Shown: positions 15,037-25,355, counted from the stretch's first letter. The stretch: 29,748 nucleotides of DNA from DHVE2 group archaeon (GCA_015520975.1 WAOZ01000007.1:1-29748); one strand, 5' to 3'. Made by a program: numbers and translations. Notes: generated by a model from the letters alone, not told the origin.

Positions 15037-17535
15037 ATGAGGAGAATTATTGCGTTTGCTTTTATTGTGGTGATTGCGATTACGCTAGTCATATCTGCGG
15101 TTAATGTAGCACCGCACACAGAGAGCAACATCACTACGAGGGGCTTCGGGTACAGAACCGTTGAAATAAGTGTTTACATAAAGTATTTTATCTGTGACCA
15201 GAGTCTAGATCCCATTCTTAACAATCCGGATCCTTACTTCGTGGTCTTCGTAAATGACCAGGAGATAAAGAGTCCCGTTTGGAACGGCTCATACGATTTC
15301 GCACCGAACTGGTGGGCGAATTTCACCCTAACCGTTAGAGATAACTTTGTATGGATAGAAATAGCATCTTGGGACGATGACTCGCTTCTCACAGGAAGAG
15401 ATGATTTGATTGACATAGATCCTGGACCGGGATTTGCGCTGGATCTCGTATATGACCTTAACACGCATACCTGGAGCGGAGATGTGGATGGAAACTGCGC
15501 ATTCGGAAATAACCTGACTGACTGGGGCGATATCTGGTTCGAAATATACAGCACACCCGACCTAGAAAATTCGGAGCCCATACCGGTTTCGTTGCCCTAC
15601 AGCGGATGCGGACGGGTGGATGACTCACCCATCTATGTTGGGACCACATATAAGGACACTTTCACAGATTCCTACGATAATTATTCATTCTACCTTTCAA
15701 CAGCACAGAATGTAAGTGTGTATCTGCAGCCGGAGGATACCCTCGATGCAGCACTCTATCTCTATAACCAGAGCGGGACTTTAATCGCTTCCAGCGATGC
15801 GAACGGTTCTGGAGGTATTGAAACATTAAGCGTTTATAATATTCCTTCAGGATATTACATTCTTCAGGTATACGATGTCTCCGGATACGGGTTCTATCAC
15901 CTTGCAATAAATACCGCGGCAAGATACTTCTTGAATGCATCGCTTTTGAATATAACCACGAATCATGCAAGTGTTCTAAATGTCGGTAAAACGGACATCA
16001 CTGTTCGCATGATGGGATTCAATGTGTATGTGAATTTAACAAATCCCACGAACAGGAGCGGAATAGTGAGAATAAATGTGGTGAATCTCGATCCCGATTA
16101 TGTAATTACAAACTGCGAAAACTGCACGCACAGGGGTAATTACTCTCTGTACATAGTGCTGCCTCTCAACGCTTCGGATACCCGCAGCGTGCACATATAT
16201 CCATGGTATGTTCCATCAGGGGATTTCTGGGTTTTTGTACTCGGCGATAACAGACCAGGATGTGGAGTTTATGACAATCCCTACACTCCCTCGCCCGAGT
16301 ACACCCTTTTCACTTATTATCAGACTAATGTTATAAGAGCGCCGTTTGGGGTGGACAACGGCGACCTCGTTGCCGGATTCGGTGGTGCACTCGTAACCGA
16401 ATATGACTCGGTGCCGCAGAGTGCACTTGACTATGTTTACGATACAGAGTATAATCGCTTCTATATGCTCACTGGCCTGAGCGATACATTCTATTTCACC
16501 ACCGTGGGAAATCACGATGTTTCAAGGCACGATTATCAACCCCAGCACGCAGGAGAGAAGATATACGAAACATATCTGGGCGCACTTTACTACTCTTTCA
16601 ATTATTCCAATACCCATTTCGTGTTTCCAGATCCCTATCAGGACGGTTACTGGGCCAACGGAACGCCGTGGTGGTACGCCGCAGGATCTGCAAGATACGG
16701 GGGCTATATTTACGGCAAACAGCTCACATGGCTGAAAAACGATTTGAGGGTCGCTAACGCATCCGGCATACCGAATAAAATAGTGATACTTCATATGCCC
16801 TTGCACACACCGCCGAATAAAAACGATACCCGCGACGATTCCTTCATAAATTACACCAACAGGCTTCAAGTTATGAACCTCTTTAAAGAGTACGGTGTGA
16901 ATTATCTGATAGTCGCACATCTTCACAATTACACATTCTATTACACGGATTTATACTACAACACAACGACGGGTAAATACAATCTCACGGCCACATACTA
17001 TCCAGAAGGGAATTTCAGCATACCCACGCTTCTAACGGGAGGTGCCGGTGCGCATAATAATTACGAGTGGATTGTGCCAGATATAGAGGGCAGTTATCAT
17101 TTTGTGCTTTTGCACATCAACGGCACCAATATAACCTACAGGGTATACAAGTATGAGAACCTCACAGATGCCAACGGCAATCCACTCACCTATGTTTCCT
17201 ATGCAGGGCCGAACAACGGCACGCTTACGGATGAGGTGGGTGTAATCAAAAACGGTGCGCTTTATTCGTTCCCCTACATAAGGATGAAGTTCTATATGAG
17301 CAATGAATATACGAATTACATCGCGTATTCAAATACCACAAACACCTATGAGACCGTGCATCAGCATAGATTTTCCAATTACACGGTAGTTTATGTGGAT
17401 TCCTGGGTTGCGGCCTATCAGACCAAATATGTGGAAGTGTATCCAAATCCGGTTCCAGAGATCTCTCCGGCGCTTGTACCTTTGCTGATTCTCCTTGCCA
17501 TGCTTTCAGCTATTCTGGTCCGCAAAAGAGATTAA
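15037..17535 (+). CDS. Cell-surface calcineurin-like metallophosphoesterase with N-terminal C2-like and PPC domains and a PEF-CTERM-like C-terminal anchor
   Basis: Signal peptide [21 protein letters not shown]. Phosphoesterase motifs GDNR, NGDLV, VGNHD, HMPLH, AHLH and TGGAG. PPC-like segment D.YSFYL...VSV.L....DAALYLY...G.YIL.V. C-terminal [27 protein letters not shown]. Confidence 0.85.
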   Translation: MRRIIAFAFIVVIAITLVISAVNVAPHTESNITTRGFGYRTVEISVYIKYFICDQSLDPILNNPDPYFVVFVNDQEIKSPVWNGSYDFAPNWWANFTLTVRDNFVWIEIASWDDDSLLTGRDDLIDIDPGPGFALDLVYDLNTHTWSGDVDGNCAFGNNLTDWGDIWFEIYSTPDLENSEPIPVSLPYSGCGRVDDSPIYVGTTYKDTFTDSYDNYSFYLSTAQNVSVYLQPEDTLDAALYLYNQSGTLIASSDANGSGGIETLSVYNIPSGYYILQVYDVSGYGFYHLAINTAARYFLNASLLNITTNHASVLNVGKTDITVRMMGFNVYVNLTNPTNRSGIVRINVVNLDPDYVITNCENCTHRGNYSLYIVLPLNASDTRSVHIYPWYVPSGDFWVFVLGDNRPGCGVYDNPYTPSPEYTLFTYYQTNVIRAPFGVDNGDLVAGFGGALVTEYDSVPQSALDYVYDTEYNRFYMLTGLSDTFYFTTVGNHDVSRHDYQPQHAGEKIYETYLGALYYSFNYSNTHFVFPDPYQDGYWANGTPWWYAAGSARYGGYIYGKQLTWLKNDLRVANASGIPNKIVILHMPLHTPPNKNDTRDDSFINYTNRLQVMNLFKEYGVNYLIVAHLHNYTFYYTDLYYNTTTGKYNLTATYYPEGNFSIPTLLTGGAGAHNNYEWIVPDIEGSYHFVLLHINGTNITYRVYKYENLTDANGNPLTYVSYAGPNNGTLTDEVGVIKNGALYSFPYIRMKFYMSNEYTNYIAYSNTTNTYETVHQHRFSNYTVVYVDSWVAAYQTKYVEVYPNPVPEISPALVPLLILLAMLSAILVRKRD

Positions 17536-17558
17536 ATATCTTATTCACATTCTTTTTT

Positions 17559-18032
17559 ATGCGACCTTCATGGGACGAATATTTTATGCGGTTAGCGTAT
17601 CTGGTTTCCACCAGAGCCACTTGTACAAGACGGAAAGTGGGGGCGGTTATAGTTAAAGATAAACGGGTTCTCGCCACCGGTTATAATGGCCCGCCCAAGG
17701 GACTTGCGCACTGTGATATAACAGGATGCATAAGGGAGGAGCTGAATGTGCCCAGCGGACAGAGGCATGAACTATGCCGTGGACTCCATGCAGAACAGAA
17801 CGCCATAATACAGGCTGCTGTGCATGGTGTATCCATAAAGGGTGCAACGATATATGTGACCAATCACCCTTGCGTGGTCTGCTCAAAAATGATAATAAAC
17901 GCGGAGATGGCGGAGATTGTGTATGCGGAAGGTTATCCGGATGAACTTGCGGAGCTCATACTTCTTGAAAGCGGTATAAAAGTAAGGAAGTACGAGTTGA
18001 AAGATGAAGTGAAAGAGAGGATGCTTGTTTAA
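17559..18032 (+). CDS. dCMP deaminase (ComEB family Zn-dependent deaminase)
   Basis: Motifs [36 protein letters not shown] and [12 protein letters not shown]. Confidence 0.92.
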   Translation: MRPSWDEYFMRLAYLVSTRATCTRRKVGAVIVKDKRVLATGYNGPPKGLAHCDITGCIREELNVPSGQRHELCRGLHAEQNAIIQAAVHGVSIKGATIYVTNHPCVVCSKMIINAEMAEIVYAEGYPDELAELILLESGIKVRKYELKDEVKERMLV

Positions 18033-19036
18033 AGCTCTATCACCTGCACCATTCCGTCTATTTTCCCGTGTTTCAGGCGAACCATCGCATCGGGCACATC
18101 TTCGAATCGTATGATCTCTTTTTCTATGCTGAGGTTGAGTCTGTTTGCGATTTTAAGAAACTCTTCTCCGTAATCTCTTCGCACCTGATACACCGTTTTT
18201 ATTTTTCGCCCCCAGAGATTTGCTGTGTAATTTTTAATGGTGATTGTGCTCATTGAAACCGCACCCAGCACCAGCGTGGCCGCGGGGACAGTGTTTTCCA
18301 GAGCCCTTTCAACAAGATTGCCTGCGGTGGGGAAGAATATGAACGCATCGACCTTGTGCGGAAAATCATCAACAGCCAGGTTGCCGATCCAGTCAGCGCC
18401 ATACTCTCTGGCTATTTTTTTATGTGCTTCGCTTCTGGTGCTTATGTAAACCTCAATGTCCATACTTTTTGCGATGCGAAGAAGATAATACGCTGTGGGA
18501 CCAAAACCCAGCATACCCAGCCTCTCACCGCTTTCAATTCCAGAGAGCTTAAACGCCAGGTATCCGGTGATTCCCGGGCACATCATGGGTGCGAGTTCTT
18601 CCGATGGCAAGGCTATATTTCTCAAATCGAATGCGAAATCCTCATGAATAAGAGTGTATTCGGCAAATCCGCCATCAACCTCGTATCCCGTGCGCTTTAT
18701 GTTCGGGCAGAAATTTTCCTCACCTCTTTTGCAGTATTTACATTCTCCGCAGGTCCAGTTCAGCCACGAGATTCCGACCCTGTCACCAACCCTGTATTTT
18801 GAGACCTTGCTCCCGACAGCGTCAACAACGCCAACAATCTCATGTCCCGGTATGATGGGGATCTTTTTCAGAGGTATATCTCCTTCTGCAATATGCAGAT
18901 CGGTTCGGCAGATACCGGAATGGGTTATCTTAACTCTTATCTGATGCTCATCAGGCTCAGGGTTCGGAAAATGCTCTTCTTTCAACGGCCCCTGCTCTAT
19001 GGCCATCTGCTTGTATATTGCCCAGGCTTTCATCAT
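18029..19036 (-). CDS. Zinc-dependent alcohol dehydrogenase (AdhP-like MDR family)
   Basis: Motifs [15 protein letters not shown] and [15 protein letters not shown] (structural Zn), plus DGGFAEY and [11 protein letters not shown]. Start placed at ATG 19036 (MMKAWAI); the ORF extends to 19090. Confidence 0.9.
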   Translation of the reverse strand: MMKAWAIYKQMAIEQGPLKEEHFPNPEPDEHQIRVKITHSGICRTDLHIAEGDIPLKKIPIIPGHEIVGVVDAVGSKVSKYRVGDRVGISWLNWTCGECKYCKRGEENFCPNIKRTGYEVDGGFAEYTLIHEDFAFDLRNIALPSEELAPMMCPGITGYLAFKLSGIESGERLGMLGFGPTAYYLLRIAKSMDIEVYISTRSEAHKKIAREYGADWIGNLAVDDFPHKVDAFIFFPTAGNLVERALENTVPAATLVLGAVSMSTITIKNYTANLWGRKIKTVYQVRRDYGEEFLKIANRLNLSIEKEIIRFEDVPDAMVRLKHGKIDGMVQVIEL

Positions 19037-19142
19037 AAGCCCATATATGGCTGACCCATTAATATTTGTTTTGACACGCCAATTACCCATTTCTGTGCAG
19101 GAAAGGTTTTAACGGGGTTCGCAATGTACCCCTTGATAGAAA

Positions 19143-19367
19143 ATGTGTCTGGCAATTCCCGGTAAAGTTGTTGAAATCAGAGGAAATACGGCCATAGTGG
19201 ATTACAACGGTATTCGTAAGGAGGCAAGAATAGATTTTGTAAAGGATGTCAGAGTCGGTGATTATGTTATAGTTCATACAGGATTTGCCATTGAAAAAAT
19301 CGATGAGGACGAGGCAATAAAAAGCTTGAAGGCGTGGGATGAGGTGCTCCGCGATGAGAACGAATGA
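19143..19367 (+). CDS. hypC: Hydrogenase maturation chaperone HypC
   Basis: Motifs MCLAIPGKV and VRVGDYVIVHTGFAI. Confidence 0.97.
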   Translation: MCLAIPGKVVEIRGNTAIVDYNGIRKEARIDFVKDVRVGDYVIVHTGFAIEKIDEDEAIKSLKAWDEVLRDENE

Positions 19368-20472
19368 TATACTGAGTGCTTACAGAAGCCGAGATATAGC
19401 ACGAAGAATCCTGCAGAGTATAAAAAAAGAAGCGGAGAAACTTTCAAGGCCTGTTAAATTTATGCATGTGTGCGGTACGCATGAGGATACGGTTACACGC
19501 GGCGGTATTCGTTCTTTACTTCCTAACAATGTGAGTATTGTTGCAGGTCCTGGTTGCCCTGTATGCATCACGCCCGTTGAGGATATTGTTAAGATGATGG
19601 AAATAATGCGCCTTGCCAAAGAGAGCGGGGAGAAAATAACCCTTACCACATTTGGGGATATGTATCGCATACCAACACCGCGGGGAAGTTTCGCGGATAT
19701 GAGGGCGCAGGGCCATGATGTGAGGATAGTGTACTCGATCTTCGATGCTTATAAAATATCACTGAAAGAAAAAAACCTCGTTGTGCATTTCTCACCCGGA
19801 TTTGAGACTACAACTGCACCTACCGCAGGGATTCTTGAAAGTGTTGAAAATGACGGTGTGGAGAATTTCAAGATATATTCTGTGCATCGTTTAACACCCC
19901 CAGCCGTTGAGGCGCTGATAAAAGCAGGCACATCTTTTGATGGATTGATAGACCCGGGCCATGTATCTACGATAATCGGCGTGCGTGGATGGGAATATAT
20001 AACAAGGAAGTATGGGGTTCCGCAGGTTGTGGCTGGATTCGAGCCTGTTGATATGCTTGCGGCAATATACACGCTTCTAAAAATGATTAATGATGGGGAA
20101 GTAGATATAAAAAATGAATACACACGGGTTGTGAAATATCAGGGAAACACAGCGGCGCAGGAGGCAATATATAAATTTTTCAGAGTTTCGGACGCGAAAT
20201 GGCGCGCGCTGGGTATAATCCCCAATAGCGGGTTGGAGCTCAGAGAAAAGTATAACTGGATAGATATAAGAAGCAGGTACAATCCTCCAACGCCGAGCCT
20301 CCCTGATCTTGAAAAAGGATGCATCTGCGGTGCGGTGCTGCGGGGATATGCATTGCCAACAGAGTGTAAATTGTTCGGAAAAGTATGCACACCTGAAACA
20401 CCTGTGGGTCCGTGTATGGTATCATACGAAGGCACCTGTCACATATTTTACAAATACGGTGCACTGATATGA
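19354..20472 (+). CDS. hypD: Hydrogenase maturation protein HypD
   Basis: Motifs CGTHE, GPGCPVC, GFETT and PGHVS, with a C-terminal Fe-S motif CICG...C..FGK.CTP...VGPCMVSYEGTC. ATG 19354 follows GAGGTG. Confidence 0.97.
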   Translation: MRTNDILSAYRSRDIARRILQSIKKEAEKLSRPVKFMHVCGTHEDTVTRGGIRSLLPNNVSIVAGPGCPVCITPVEDIVKMMEIMRLAKESGEKITLTTFGDMYRIPTPRGSFADMRAQGHDVRIVYSIFDAYKISLKEKNLVVHFSPGFETTTAPTAGILESVENDGVENFKIYSVHRLTPPAVEALIKAGTSFDGLIDPGHVSTIIGVRGWEYITRKYGVPQVVAGFEPVDMLAAIYTLLKMINDGEVDIKNEYTRVVKYQGNTAAQEAIYKFFRVSDAKWRALGIIPNSGLELREKYNWIDIRSRYNPPTPSLPDLEKGCICGAVLRGYALPTECKLFGKVCTPETPVGPCMVSYEGTCHIFYKYGALI

Positions 20473-22769
20473 GCGCATTAAAAATCCATGTGAGAGGAAT
20501 CGTGCAGGGTGTGGGATTCAGACCTTTCGTGTACCGTATAGCAACGAGATACGGGTTAAAGGGATTTGTGAAGAATCTGGGCGATGCGGGAGTGGAAATA
20601 GTGGTTGAGGGGGAGGCCCATGCCATTAACTGCTTTTTGAAAGCGCTTGAAAATGAAAGTCCCCCACTTGCAGATATACATGATTTAGACATTGTGAAAA
20701 TACCTCCGCAGGGTTTTGAGGAGTTTGTAATTGAGCAGAGTGAGAAGGGCTCTGGTGCCGGGAAATCGATAATACCACCCGATGTGTCCATATGCGATAA
20801 TTGTATCAAAGAACTTTTCGACCCTACCAATCCGAGATATATGTATCCATTTATTGTTTGCACCGATTGCGGCCCGAGATTCTCCATAATCGCCGACCTT
20901 CCCTACGACAGGGAAAACACCACAATGGCGGAATTCGAAATGTGCGATTTTTGCCGCTCCGAGTACGAAGACCCGCATAACAGGAGATACCATGCTGAGC
21001 CTGTGTGCTGTGAAAAATGCGGTCCGAGATATACTCTTTACGATAGCGATGGTGTCGCAATGTCTAAGGACCCGATAAAAAAAGCAGCGCAGTTAATCGA
21101 TGAGGGTTATATTGTGGCTATAAAGGGTGTGGGTGGTATACATCTTGCCTGCGATGCCACCAACGATTTAGCGGTTAAACGCCTTAGAAAACTGCTGAAA
21201 AGACCGCAGCAGCCATTTGCCGTTATGGTTAGAGATATAAATACAGTGCAATCCATCGCTTATTTATCCGAATATGAGAGCGAAGAACTTCAGTCTTACA
21301 GAAAACCCATCGTGCTGTTAAGAAAGAAAAAAAGTGCGTTGTCAGAGTATGTTGCTCCTGGACTGCACACTGTCGGAATAATGCTACCTTACGCCGGGGT
21401 GCATCTTCTGCTGTTTCATTATTCTAAAACCGATGCGTATGTTATGACCTCCGCGAACATGCCCGGATTGCCTATGATAATAGATAACGAGACGGCGTTA
21501 AGCGAGCTCAAAGATATTGCGGATTTCCTTTTGCTTCACAACAGGAAAATACTGAACCGCGTGGACGATAGCGTCGTCAGATTTGTAGATAATAAGAGGG
21601 CAGTTATAAGAAGAAGCAGGGGTTTTGTGCCCTTGCCGCTGCCCTTTCCTTCGAATTCGAGATATCTGGCTGTGGGCGCCGAACTTATGAACTCTTTTTC
21701 CATAACCAAGCAGGGTTTTATTTATCCGAGCCAGTATATTGGAAACACCACGCACATAGAGACAGTGGAGTTTATGAAAAGCGCATTGAAGCATTTTCAG
21801 AGACTGATGAAACTGGATAGGTTCGACGCGGTGGTTTCTGATCTGCATCCGAATTATAACACCACAAAATTTGCGGAAGAGTTTGAAGGAGAGGTTATTA
21901 AAGTGCAGCATCATTTTGCACATATCGCGAGTGTTATGCTGGAAAAGAGTGTTCCTGAGGCGATTGGCATAGCGATGGACGGTGTTGGATACGGACTGGA
22001 CGGCGCCGTTTGGGGCGGTGAGATACTCGCACTGGGTGAAGGTCTTGCGAAGCGTCTGGCACACATTGATTATTTTCCTCTTCCGGGCGGAGATCTTTCA
22101 GCGTATTACCCCATTCGCTCTTTAATCGGTTTGTTATCCAGATATAAAAGAGAGGATGAAATAATGGAGTTCATAAAAAAGAATGTTGATGATTACACGC
22201 ATTCATTACCCCGTGGCCAGCCGGAGCTGGAAATTGCCATTATGCAGGTTGTTCGTGAACTCAACGCACCTTTATCATCCTCAACCGGCAGAGTTCTTGA
22301 TGCGGTTGCCGCATTAACAGGTGCCGCATTTGAGAGAACATATGAAGGAGAACCCGCCATGAAACTTGAATCTCTGGCCAGTGGAGCATGTGAATCTCCG
22401 ATTTTTGATATACCCGTGAAAGATGGCAGAATTGAATTTTACAGTATACTGGACGAGCTTGCAGAGTTGCCACCACATAAGGCAGCATTGAGTGCGCATC
22501 TATCACTTGCCGAATCATTTTCGAATCTGGCCATAGAGACTGCGGACGCGTTATCTATTAAAAATGTGGTGTTAAACGGTGGGGTTGCGTATAACGAGAT
22601 AATATCCTCTCATATAAGAAAAAAGGTGGAATCTGCGGGACTGAATTTTTATGTTTCATCTGAGATACCCCGTGGTGATAACGGTTTATCTGTGGGGCAG
22701 GCTTACCTGCTTGCTCTCTATCATTCAGGCTCGGTTAAAATAAAAGATATTGGAGAGGTGGTTAAATGA
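20469..22769 (+). CDS. hypF: Carbamoyltransferase HypF
   Basis: Acylphosphatase domain GIVQGVGFRPF, two Zn fingers (CDNC...CTDCGPRF; CDFC...CEKCGP), YrdC-like AIKGVGGIHLACDA, and Kae1-like VQHHFAH, DGVGYG and GDNGLSVGQ. ATGA overlap with hypD gives start 20469. Confidence 0.97.
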   Translation: MSALKIHVRGIVQGVGFRPFVYRIATRYGLKGFVKNLGDAGVEIVVEGEAHAINCFLKALENESPPLADIHDLDIVKIPPQGFEEFVIEQSEKGSGAGKSIIPPDVSICDNCIKELFDPTNPRYMYPFIVCTDCGPRFSIIADLPYDRENTTMAEFEMCDFCRSEYEDPHNRRYHAEPVCCEKCGPRYTLYDSDGVAMSKDPIKKAAQLIDEGYIVAIKGVGGIHLACDATNDLAVKRLRKLLKRPQQPFAVMVRDINTVQSIAYLSEYESEELQSYRKPIVLLRKKKSALSEYVAPGLHTVGIMLPYAGVHLLLFHYSKTDAYVMTSANMPGLPMIIDNETALSELKDIADFLLLHNRKILNRVDDSVVRFVDNKRAVIRRSRGFVPLPLPFPSNSRYLAVGAELMNSFSITKQGFIYPSQYIGNTTHIETVEFMKSALKHFQRLMKLDRFDAVVSDLHPNYNTTKFAEEFEGEVIKVQHHFAHIASVMLEKSVPEAIGIAMDGVGYGLDGAVWGGEILALGEGLAKRLAHIDYFPLPGGDLSAYYPIRSLIGLLSRYKREDEIMEFIKKNVDDYTHSLPRGQPELEIAIMQVVRELNAPLSSSTGRVLDAVAALTGAAFERTYEGEPAMKLESLASGACESPIFDIPVKDGRIEFYSILDELAELPPHKAALSAHLSLAESFSNLAIETADALSIKNVVLNGGVAYNEIISSHIRKKVESAGLNFYVSSEIPRGDNGLSVGQAYLLALYHSGSVKIKDIGEVVK

Positions 22770-23776
22770 AAATCAAAATGGAGCACGGTGCAGGCGGAGA
22801 AATTATGGAACGGTTCATTAAAGAGATTATACTTGAGAATATCCACTTGAGAAACGCTGGTGGCATCGGGCTGGACGAACTCGATGACGGTGCGACTGTA
22901 CCTGTGGGTGAGGGACATCTGGTATTCACTATTGACGGACACACCGTAAAGCCCCTTTTCTTTCCCGGAGGTGATATAGGTAAACTCTCAGTATCCGGTA
23001 CGGTTAATGACCTTGCAGTCATGGGCGCAAAACCTCTGGCTCTTGCCAATGCCCTGATTCTTGAGGCTGGAACGGATGCGGATATGGTGAAAAAAATAAT
23101 TGCATCTATGGATGAAGTATCCAGAGAGGTGCCTGTGCCTATAATTGCGGGTGATACTAAGGTTGTTGATGATAAAATAGGAGTCGTAATAGCCACCGCT
23201 GGCATAGGCATGGCAGAGCATCCCATATCTGACGCCGGCTCAAAACCCGGAGACGCTGTGATTGTGAGCGGTACCGTGGGACAGCACGGAATGGCGATAA
23301 TATGCGCTCGCGAATCAATCAAATTCGAATCCGAGATAAAAAGTGATGTGGGCCCGGTGTGGAATATCGTTAAATCAGTTGCGGACGCGGTGGGATGGGA
23401 GCATATCCACGCGATGAAAGACCCCACGCGTGGCGGTATAAGCATGGCACTCAACGAAATGGCGCGGAAAAGCGGTTATGGCGTTGAGATCAAAGAGGAA
23501 GATATCCCTGTTTCACCCGAAGTGAGAGCCGCCGGAGAGATGCTGGGCATATCGCCATTCGATGTGGCCTGCGAGGGAAGAGTGGTTATGGTGGTTGACA
23601 AAGATTTCGCCGAAGATGCCCTCTATGCGATCCAAAAACAACCCAACGGAAAGGATGCGGCAATCATAGGTAAAATCACAGAAACCTACCCCAAAAAAGT
23701 GGTTCTTGAAACGGTTATCGGTGGCAAAAGGTTTTTGGAGCCGCCCATAGGGGATCCTGTGCCAAGGGTATGCTGA
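22766..23776 (+). CDS. hypE: Carbamoyl dehydratase HypE
   Basis: Motifs HGAGG, DGHTVKPLFFPGGDIGKLSVSGTVNDLAVMGA and KDPTRGG, with C-terminal PRVC. Confidence 0.97.
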   Translation: MKIKMEHGAGGEIMERFIKEIILENIHLRNAGGIGLDELDDGATVPVGEGHLVFTIDGHTVKPLFFPGGDIGKLSVSGTVNDLAVMGAKPLALANALILEAGTDADMVKKIIASMDEVSREVPVPIIAGDTKVVDDKIGVVIATAGIGMAEHPISDAGSKPGDAVIVSGTVGQHGMAIICARESIKFESEIKSDVGPVWNIVKSVADAVGWEHIHAMKDPTRGGISMALNEMARKSGYGVEIKEEDIPVSPEVRAAGEMLGISPFDVACEGRVVMVVDKDFAEDALYAIQKQPNGKDAAIIGKITETYPKKVVLETVIGGKRFLEPPIGDPVPRVC

Positions 23777-23837
23777 GCAGGGCGTCTTAACGGACCAATC
23801 AAAACATATACATACCTACACGCAATATGGGTAAACT

Positions 23838-24224
23838 ATGAGAATAGCAATTCCCAGCAAGAACGCCGATGGTTTGGAAAGTGAAGTGGAAGAGCATTTT
23901 GGCAGAGCGAGATATTACACGATAATAGAAATTGAAAACAGAAAAATCAAACAGGTGGAGGTTGTTGAATACCCGTATGAGACCCATAATCCGGGAGACA
24001 TTCCAGAATTCCTGCACGAACACGGCGTGGATACGGTTATTTCTTACGGGATGGGACGCCGGGCGCAGATGTTTTTCAGGGAATTGGGAATTGAAACCAT
24101 TACAGGCGCCAGCGGTAAAATAGGTGAACTGATAAATCGTTTTCTGAGCAACACACTGAATGTGGATGAATTCTGGAGAGAGCACGGAGATTTTGGAAAG
24201 CACGAGGGAGATGTAAATGCATGA
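23838..24224 (+). CDS. NifB/NifX family (dinitrogenase Fe-Mo cofactor biosynthesis domain) protein
   Basis: Pattern MRIAIPS...VEEHFGRARYY.I...GVDTVISYGMGRRAQMFFRELGI. Confidence 0.88.
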   Translation: MRIAIPSKNADGLESEVEEHFGRARYYTIIEIENRKIKQVEVVEYPYETHNPGDIPEFLHEHGVDTVISYGMGRRAQMFFRELGIETITGASGKIGELINRFLSNTLNVDEFWREHGDFGKHEGDVNA

Positions 24225-24627
24225 ATGGGCTCTTGCCGACGGTATAGTGAGAACGGTGCAGGATTTTGCCAGAAAATATAATGCCACGCGCGTAAACGAG
24301 GTGAAAATAGTTCTGGGAGAGCTACAGGATGTTGATCCGGAGATACTGAAATTTGCTCTTGAAGAAACGAAAAAAGGCACCGTTATGGAAGATGCAAATC
24401 TTGTATTCGTGGAGGAAAAGGCGGTATTCGAATGCAAGAACTGTGGCCACAGATGGTATCTGGATGATGTGAGAGACATCTTGGACGATAAAATCAAAGA
24501 AGATGTACATTTTGTACCTGAGGTGGCGCATGCATTCATATCCTGCCCTAACTGCAAAAGCAGAGATTTTGAGATACTTGAAGGGCGCGGTGTGTATATA
24601 GATTCAATAACCATAGAGGAGGATTGA
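24217..24627 (+). CDS. hypA: Hydrogenase nickel incorporation protein HypA
   Basis: N-terminal MHE, GELQDVD, CKNC...CPNC Zn finger with a long spacer containing HFVPEV, and GRGVYIDSI. Confidence 0.95.
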   Translation: MHEWALADGIVRTVQDFARKYNATRVNEVKIVLGELQDVDPEILKFALEETKKGTVMEDANLVFVEEKAVFECKNCGHRWYLDDVRDILDDKIKEDVHFVPEVAHAFISCPNCKSRDFEILEGRGVYIDSITIEED

Positions 24628-25355
24628 TCACCATGGATCCGCGCATTGCTGCTATAAGGGCCAGAACCGAATACATAAAAAGAATAATTCCCGTGGCGAG
24701 TGGAAAAGGTGGTGTCGGTAAATCTCTTGTTTCCACGGGACTGGCGCTTGCGCTCAAAGAAAAAGGATTCAAAGTTGGGCTTATGGATATGGATTTTAAC
24801 GGTGCCAGCGATCACATAATTCTTGGCGCCTCGGTGGATGAGTTTCCCGAGGAAGAAAAAGGTGTGGTGCCTCCCGAAATTCACGGCCTGAGATTTATGA
24901 GCATCGTGTACTACACGCAGAACAATCCCACTCCGCTTAGAGGTGCAGAGATTTCAAACGCGCTTATAGAACTTTTAGCCATAACGCGCTGGGGAGATTT
25001 GGATTATTTAATCATAGATACTCCGCCGGGTATGAGCGATACTTTTCTAGATATCCTGCGATTTCTGAGCAGAGGTGAATTTTTAATCGTCACAACACCC
25101 TCACCGCTGAGTTACAATGTAGTGGACAAACTGATTGCGCTTTTAAAAGAGAGGAATCACAAAATAGTTGGAATAGTGGAGAATATGAAAAGAGGTGAAG
25201 TTATCAAGGTTACAAATCCTGCGGCGAAGTACAACATTCCCGTTTTGGTGGAAATACCTGTGGTGAATGAGATCGACGAGGTCATAGGAGATCCGGGAAA
25301 ACTTATGCACTCAGTTTTCGGCGAAAGGATGAAGAGTCTATGCGATAAAATTTGA
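24624..25355 (+). CDS. hypB: Mrp/MinD-family ATPase, Thermococcales-type ATP-dependent HypB
   Basis: Deviant Walker A SGKGGVGKS, plus DMDFNGASDH, PLRGAEIS and IIDTPPG. No CPxC after ENM, unlike Fe-S carrier Mrp/ApbC proteins. Coupled to hypA. The start could also be ATG 24633. Confidence 0.8.
   Translation: MITMDPRIAAIRARTEYIKRIIPVASGKGGVGKSLVSTGLALALKEKGFKVGLMDMDFNGASDHIILGASVDEFPEEEKGVVPPEIHGLRFMSIVYYTQNNPTPLRGAEISNALIELLAITRWGDLDYLIIDTPPGMSDTFLDILRFLSRGEFLIVTTPSPLSYNVVDKLIALLKERNHKIVGIVENMKRGEVIKVTNPAAKYNIPVLVEIPVVNEIDEVIGDPGKLMHSVFGERMKSLCDKI

Noticed and set aside
19104-19113. SurR box (GTTn3AAC) upstream of hypC
   Set aside because: The sequence is GTTTTAAC, a 2-nt spacer that does not match the motif. 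It is better explained as the TATA element.
20240-23454. Long antisense ORFs within hypD, hypF and hypE (215, 188 and 230 aa)
   Set aside because: They lie opposite highly conserved hyp genes and have no independent coding evidence.
23810-23834. Imperfect TACC...GGTA palindrome with a CGCAAT core also present upstream of hypC
   Set aside because: The shared 6-mer has different spacing and flanks in the two promoters, which is too weak to call a common operator.
23799-24884. 361-aa antisense ORF across the NifX-like, hypA and hypB genes
   Set aside because: It is a shadow of three well-supported plus-strand genes and has no recognisable motifs.
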